Of a stretch of DNA of 64,000 nucleotides, positions 58,901 through 64,000 are shown piece by piece (position 1 is the first letter of the stretch; every line of letters starts with the position of its first letter). Position numbers and translations under genes: made by a program. The notes beneath the pieces were generated by a model. That model saw only the letters and a program-made list of their open reading frames with translations. It had not been told where the DNA came from and ran no database searches. Where the stretch lies: NCBI GenBank assembly GCA_907165135.1, contig OU015567.1:1054001-1118000 (forward strand), read 5' to 3'. This DNA comes from Oikopleura dioica (lineage: Eukaryota > Animalia > Chordata).

Positions 58901-61900
58901 AAATGGAGATGCATCTACGAAGATAAATACACAGTTTCTTACGAACACGCGATTACACCAATCAAGAGAACGCTTTCCTTCACGACTGAAAAGGGTCAAT
59001 TTGATGTTGACATGCGAGTCTACCAGGATGATCAATACACTTCCGAGGTAATAAACCATAAATATGGGAAATATTTTTTTTTAATATTTTTCTTTATATT
59101 AATAAAACCTGATTAGGAAAGTTAAACTGTAGCATCTCGTAGGAAGTTTTGTGGCTCATTTGATAGTTTTATTAAAATATTTAAAAATTTTTAAAAACTA
59201 TAAATTTAATTTAAGCTCTGTTTTTAAATCCACAGATGTTATTTTTTATCCTCACCAAAGCCCGGATGGCGAGTATGATGTGATATTATGGGCACAACAA
59301 ATTAGAAGTTTTATCCAATCTGACGAGAAAACTAAGAGCTTCGACTGTTGTTTGCAGCCATAACTTTTGAGCTTGCTTTTTGGTGAATATAATATTCAAT
59401 TGATATTCAATGATTGTGGGTTGGAATCGATGGAGCCACTTTTTATGATGACGATGAATTCTAAATTACTAAAATAAAAATATCCATGAAATTTAAAGCC
59501 AACGTATTTACAGGGGATAACATTATTTGAGAACCTTGAAGTATGAAATCTATACTTAGAGGATGAAAAAATATTTACAAGAATAACCACTAGATGACTT
59601 ATGGTCTCTTTTCTTCTATAATCTTTCTTCTCTAGATTTCGGAGCGAACCCCAATCCGCTTGAACACCCCCGTCTACGTCTCCCTCAATCTGGACCGCCC
59701 CTTCGCCTTCCCGGAAATCGTCCTAACAGTGAAAAACTGCTTCGCCACTGACCAGACTGACCCTTCTTCGGAAACTGCGAATTGGTACTCGCTCATCTCT
59801 GGAATGTAAGTACACCATTTTTGGAATGCCGAACACAAAGGCGGAATTCACCCGCAAAGAAAAGGCGATTATGGCAGGATATCTTGATAGAGCTGAATTT
59901 TTAAATGTTCAAAAGAAAAAAATAGAACTGTATTTTTCAAAATGAACCTTTTTCTAATTGCCGAAAATTGAATACGCTTCCGTGTCTGATTAGAAATATC
60001 GCGCGAAATTTCAAATTCGCGCTTTTGTTTTATTCGTTTATTTTCTCTTCTGTCGCTGATTAGGGAGCTATATAAACCCGGTTAAACTAACCAGCGCGGT
60101 TTTTAGTGAACCGCAGTTTCGAAAATATATTAGCTGAGATAACACAGATTTTGTCTTTTCTCAAATACTGCCTGTACTGAAGTACAGTGTCTAAAATAGA
60201 CATTAAAATCAGGAGCGGCTTTTTTGCAGCAATATTTTATTGATCGAGAAAGCCGCTTGCGGCTTTTGAATCAAAAAAAAACATTTTAAGAAATTTGACT
60301 CGAAAGCCGCGAGCGGCTTTTTCGACTGCTCCAAGAAATTCTCAATTCAAAGCCGAAATCGCAGTTGGGAATCCTCAATTTTCTTTTGACTCGAAAGCCG
60401 CACGCGGCTAACTTTAAATCTTTTCCACCCTATTTTTAACCAAAATTTTAGGTGCGTCCAGCCCAACGACCCCTCCATCGTCCTCCTCGAAAACGGCGTC
60501 GGCAACAATGCCCGCTTCAAGTTCAACATGTTCAAATGGAAGACCCGAACTAGCTACATCTACATGCACTGCGAAGTCTACTTGTGCGACTCCGACAAGG
60601 AAGAATGCTACAATGAGGTAAGCGCTCTACCTGCTCTTTAGAAACAAGGGAGGCGAAACATAGCTCGGCTTACCGCGATTGCGGTGCATTCTAATTTTTT
60701 TTCGTTGAGATCACAAATGTGACAATTGTCAAAAGAGAAAACCAAAAGTACGCCAGCATTTGGCATAACTTGACGAGAGTCGATGAATTTTGTGGGCTTT
60801 GTTAGGGAGTTTTGGATTTTTAAAATTAAGAAATAAATTTTCAAATAAAAAGCACTTATTATCTCAACCTAGAATTATCCCTGATTTAGACATAAAAAAT
60901 TATTTAAATTTCCCAAAATTTAAGCCGCTGATAAAAATTAATTATTTGAAAATTTTGATCAGAATTATGGTTTTTGCGTGAATTCTTCATCAAAGATTTT
61001 TTCCTGCTTTTGAAATATTTTTTTGAATTCCAAAAAGAAGAGAATGTGGAATCCATGTATTCCGCTGTTCAACTAATCGCGCGTAAAACGAAATTTCTCT
61101 CGCGAATTCCCAGAGTTATCCCCCCTAAAGAAAGAAGGTGGTATGTGTCCTTGGGAACCGCAAGCGACTTGATCAGATTGTTCCTGTCGTCGGCAGGAAG
61201 AATCGGGTTAAGCATTCCGGACAGAATTTGATAACGCTTCTGACAAGAAGAATTGAACCTAAATCAAGTTATCATTCGATCCGGCAAGTTCCATAAAGGA
61301 GCGCCCTTCAAGAAGTTGCATAAATTAGCTCCATTTAAACTGTATTTTCAGGATGCCGTCTGCTCTGGAACCGATCGTGTCCGACGTAATGCCGAGCTCG
61401 GCCCCAACGATGAAGAAGTCGTCACTGAATTCAAACCAACCTTCATGTCCAAGGGTCCAATCATCATCGACGACGACATCATCGATTCCGTCGGCAAGGC
61501 TGAAATCAACAAGCTCGAGATCGACTTTATGACTGATAACGGTAAGTTCCCGCTTCCCTGTTCATTCAAAAACAAGCCTCTTTGTTTATTTTCCTCAGAC
61601 CTTTTTTAGCCACACAACTTCACTTGTGTGATATACAGTAAACATAGACTCACGTGGCTTGTAGGCTAAAGACCTTCGCTTGGAAGTTTAGAATCTTTAG
61701 ATGAAGCACTTGAATTCAAAAGCGCTCTCAAAACTCGACTTCGGAGTCCTTCCGTTGCGCAAATAGAGTCCCACTAATAGTGACTTGAGTGGTCGTTTCT
61801 GCGAAAATTAATCAAGACGAAGCTAAAAATCAAAAAATCTTAAGGGCGTCCCTCGCAAAACGCCTCTTTTTTGCCTTTTTTAAGTGAGCGTCTGAAAAAC

Positions 61901-62174
61901 CACCAAAATCAAATTGGACTGGTCGCAAATTTGGTTGGGCCGCTTAATTTGCATCGAGCGATAATGAGATAATAATGGAACTGGTTTTTCTGACGCATTT
62001 TTCAAGAATATTCAAATTGGATTTTTTTAAAACAAATTTTTAGAATTCCTCCGACTGTACATCATCGTCACCATTTGCACCGTCCTCGCTTTTGTTGGAA
62101 TCTTGATCGGAATCATCGCTGTTGTCATCAGAAGACGAGCTCAGCAGCAGAAAGAACTTTTTGTTTCTAACTAA
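55913..62174 (+). CDS. Type I membrane ZP-domain protein (tectorin/ZPLD-like), 7 coding exons with long introns
   Basis: MRIVPSLFFLSTISA|VEKEEIAVTCGQKKIEV..DSCFT..FKWRCIY..VKNCFAT..CVQPNDPS..ARFKFNMFKW..YMHCEVYLC..RVRR (furin site)..GPIII..TM YIIVTICTVLAFVGILIGIIAVVI..FVSN* (TAA 62172-62174). All junctions are GT-AG. Confidence 0.9.
60249..60409. repeat. Three intronic palindromes AAAGCCGC-NN-GCGGCT(TT)
   Basis: At 60249-60266, 60303-60320 and 60394-60409, with spacers TT, GA and AC. Confidence 0.75.
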
Positions 62175-64000
62175 GGTGAGTTTCAAAAACGAGCGATTCC
62201 GGAAAAACTTATGTAAAAAAATCATCGATCTCCCATCGGATTAAAACACATCGAACCGCGAGGCGATTCCAGCTCAGAATAATGCGCTGTAATGCGGCGT
62301 ATAGTAAACCTCCGGAAAGTATTGACTAACATGCAATTTCAGAATCGTGCACTACGACCGATGCTTGCCCCAAGGACGAGCCACCAGCCCCAGAACACCA
62401 ACGATATTACAGTAACAACTCTCCCAATCAGCGTCAAGGCATTTTTACATTAGAAAATAGGCTTTTTGTGATAATTTTTTTAAAAGTATCGTAAATTTCC
62501 GAGTCGAAAAATCATTTTTTATTTTTTTGGCTTAATTTTGATGAAAAAATCGCTTTTCCGTAATAATTAATTGTAAAACTTATAAAATAATGTCCCAAAT
62601 TTTGAAAAAAAAGAAGCCCGATTGTCGAAATAAGGCTATCCCTTTCCCCAAATTACTAACCAAAAAACATCAAAAAAAGACAAAAAAAATACCTGCCTGT
62701 CTGAATCGGCACATTCCATTGGTTAAAAACAAGCTTAAAATACATATTTATTAAATTATTAAATGATTATTTGAAAATGGCCCTTTTTTGGGTCTTTGAA
62801 ATCATAGAAGAAGAAAAACGAAAACAACCATCGCAGCTCCCGAAAAAACCCACCAATCCGATTGCAGTGCAGTGCTCGTGGCGACTGTAATTGAGGGGAA
62901 ACCCTTAACTACTGGCGTCTCGAAAATACGAGTACAATTTTGTTGTAAATATGATCTAACGAATAAATATTTCTATCGCTTATAATTTATAAGTTATAAA
63001 CAAACCTGTTTTTCATTGTCGCAAAAAAATCTTGATTGAGCAAAAGAATTTTAATTCTGATTCTGATTTGTCTTTTCTTTCTTTTTTGATTGATCACGAA
63101 GTTATCTCAACCCACCGGTGCGTCGGTGACAAAAGAACAAAAAATTCTCAGCTTGCAGCTGCATAAATGCATACGTAGTTTTCTTTACCGGTATTGTTTC
63201 ACCAGGTTTACGCTCAGAGATATATTCAAATGCGGATTTTTCGGGCTTTTGACAAAATGAATCTTTAAAAATTTCTAGCTCCGCCCCTGTAATGAGCATA
63301 AAATGCCATCGCGATAAGCGCAGACTTATTGGAAGGTCACCTTTCTCCTGCATCAGTTTCTTGAAAGTGCTGAAACCCTGCCCTACTCTCTCTTTTGATG
63401 ACTCCTTTTTATGGTTCAACCCTCGGTGCTCAATTGCCTCTCCGCAAATTTACAAAAAAAGCGTCGTGAACAATCGCGGGCAAACATACAAATCAGAAGT
63501 AGTACGACGATAATACGATCGATATTGGTGGCGGTTTCCTGCCGAGCTCTTTAATCGATTACTGTTTTACGGCGCCGCGGGAGTGAGAAAATTTTTAGGC
63601 CTTTTAAAGATTTTTTTCTTAAAATTAAAAAAAATATTTTTTCCTTAATTATTTATTTTTTGTCTTAAAAAAGAGCTCTAGTAAAAAATCAAAAATTTTT
63701 ACGAACCAAAAATATTTTTCAGGACAATTTATTGAACACCAGAAAGTGGTTTATCGCAGGCTCATGATTTGTCCTGGGTTGGCTATAATTGCACTCTATA
63801 AAAGCCGCAGAAGAACAAGCCGCAACTTCAGATCACCAATGCGGTACGCCACAAGGACGCACTCGGGCCAGACCGTACACATACTTCCGCGAATATCCAA
63901 AATACCAGAAGTTTTCAAATGAATCCCAATTTTCAATGAATCTTCCAATTAGCCACAAATTTGCAACGCTTCCAGATGCTGTGGAAAATCCCTAGGCTTA

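Noticed and set aside
63102-64000. Possible 3' part of a minus-strand gene at the window edge
   Set aside because: The fragments lie in inconsistent frames and show no recognisable domain.

Overview
Eukaryotic, gene-dense, AT-rich DNA with very short introns and many GA/GC/GG-AG splice junctions. This pattern points to a larvacean tunicate such as Oikopleura dioica (inference), so the supplied ORF track shows only exon fragments. The window is dominated by genes for secreted or extracellular-matrix proteins: a full-length hemicentin-1-type gene (8968-29142), three ZP-domain genes, two EGF-repeat genes, a CUB fragment and an astacin-like gene with a degenerate active site. It also holds a BTB-zinc-finger gene, a single-pass membrane protein with PTAP/PPPY/PDZ motifs and a small prepropeptide. 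The 30.9-48.5 kb interval is rich in DNA transposons: a piggyBac element with an intron-containing transposase plus its MITE, two CAGGG-ended elements with 8-bp TSDs inserted in exons (one nesting a 749-bp foldback and a 17x56-bp hairpin array), and a foldback MITE with a 9-bp TSD. The most unexplained signals are a two-copy, covarying non-coding stem-loop motif (5509-5617, 8302-8382), a GC-rich non-coding island behind a TATA box and ten TCTAGA motifs (51.3-52.2 kb), and the coupling of non-GT donors with A-rich acceptors. All gene models were assembled by eye and no database searches were run.
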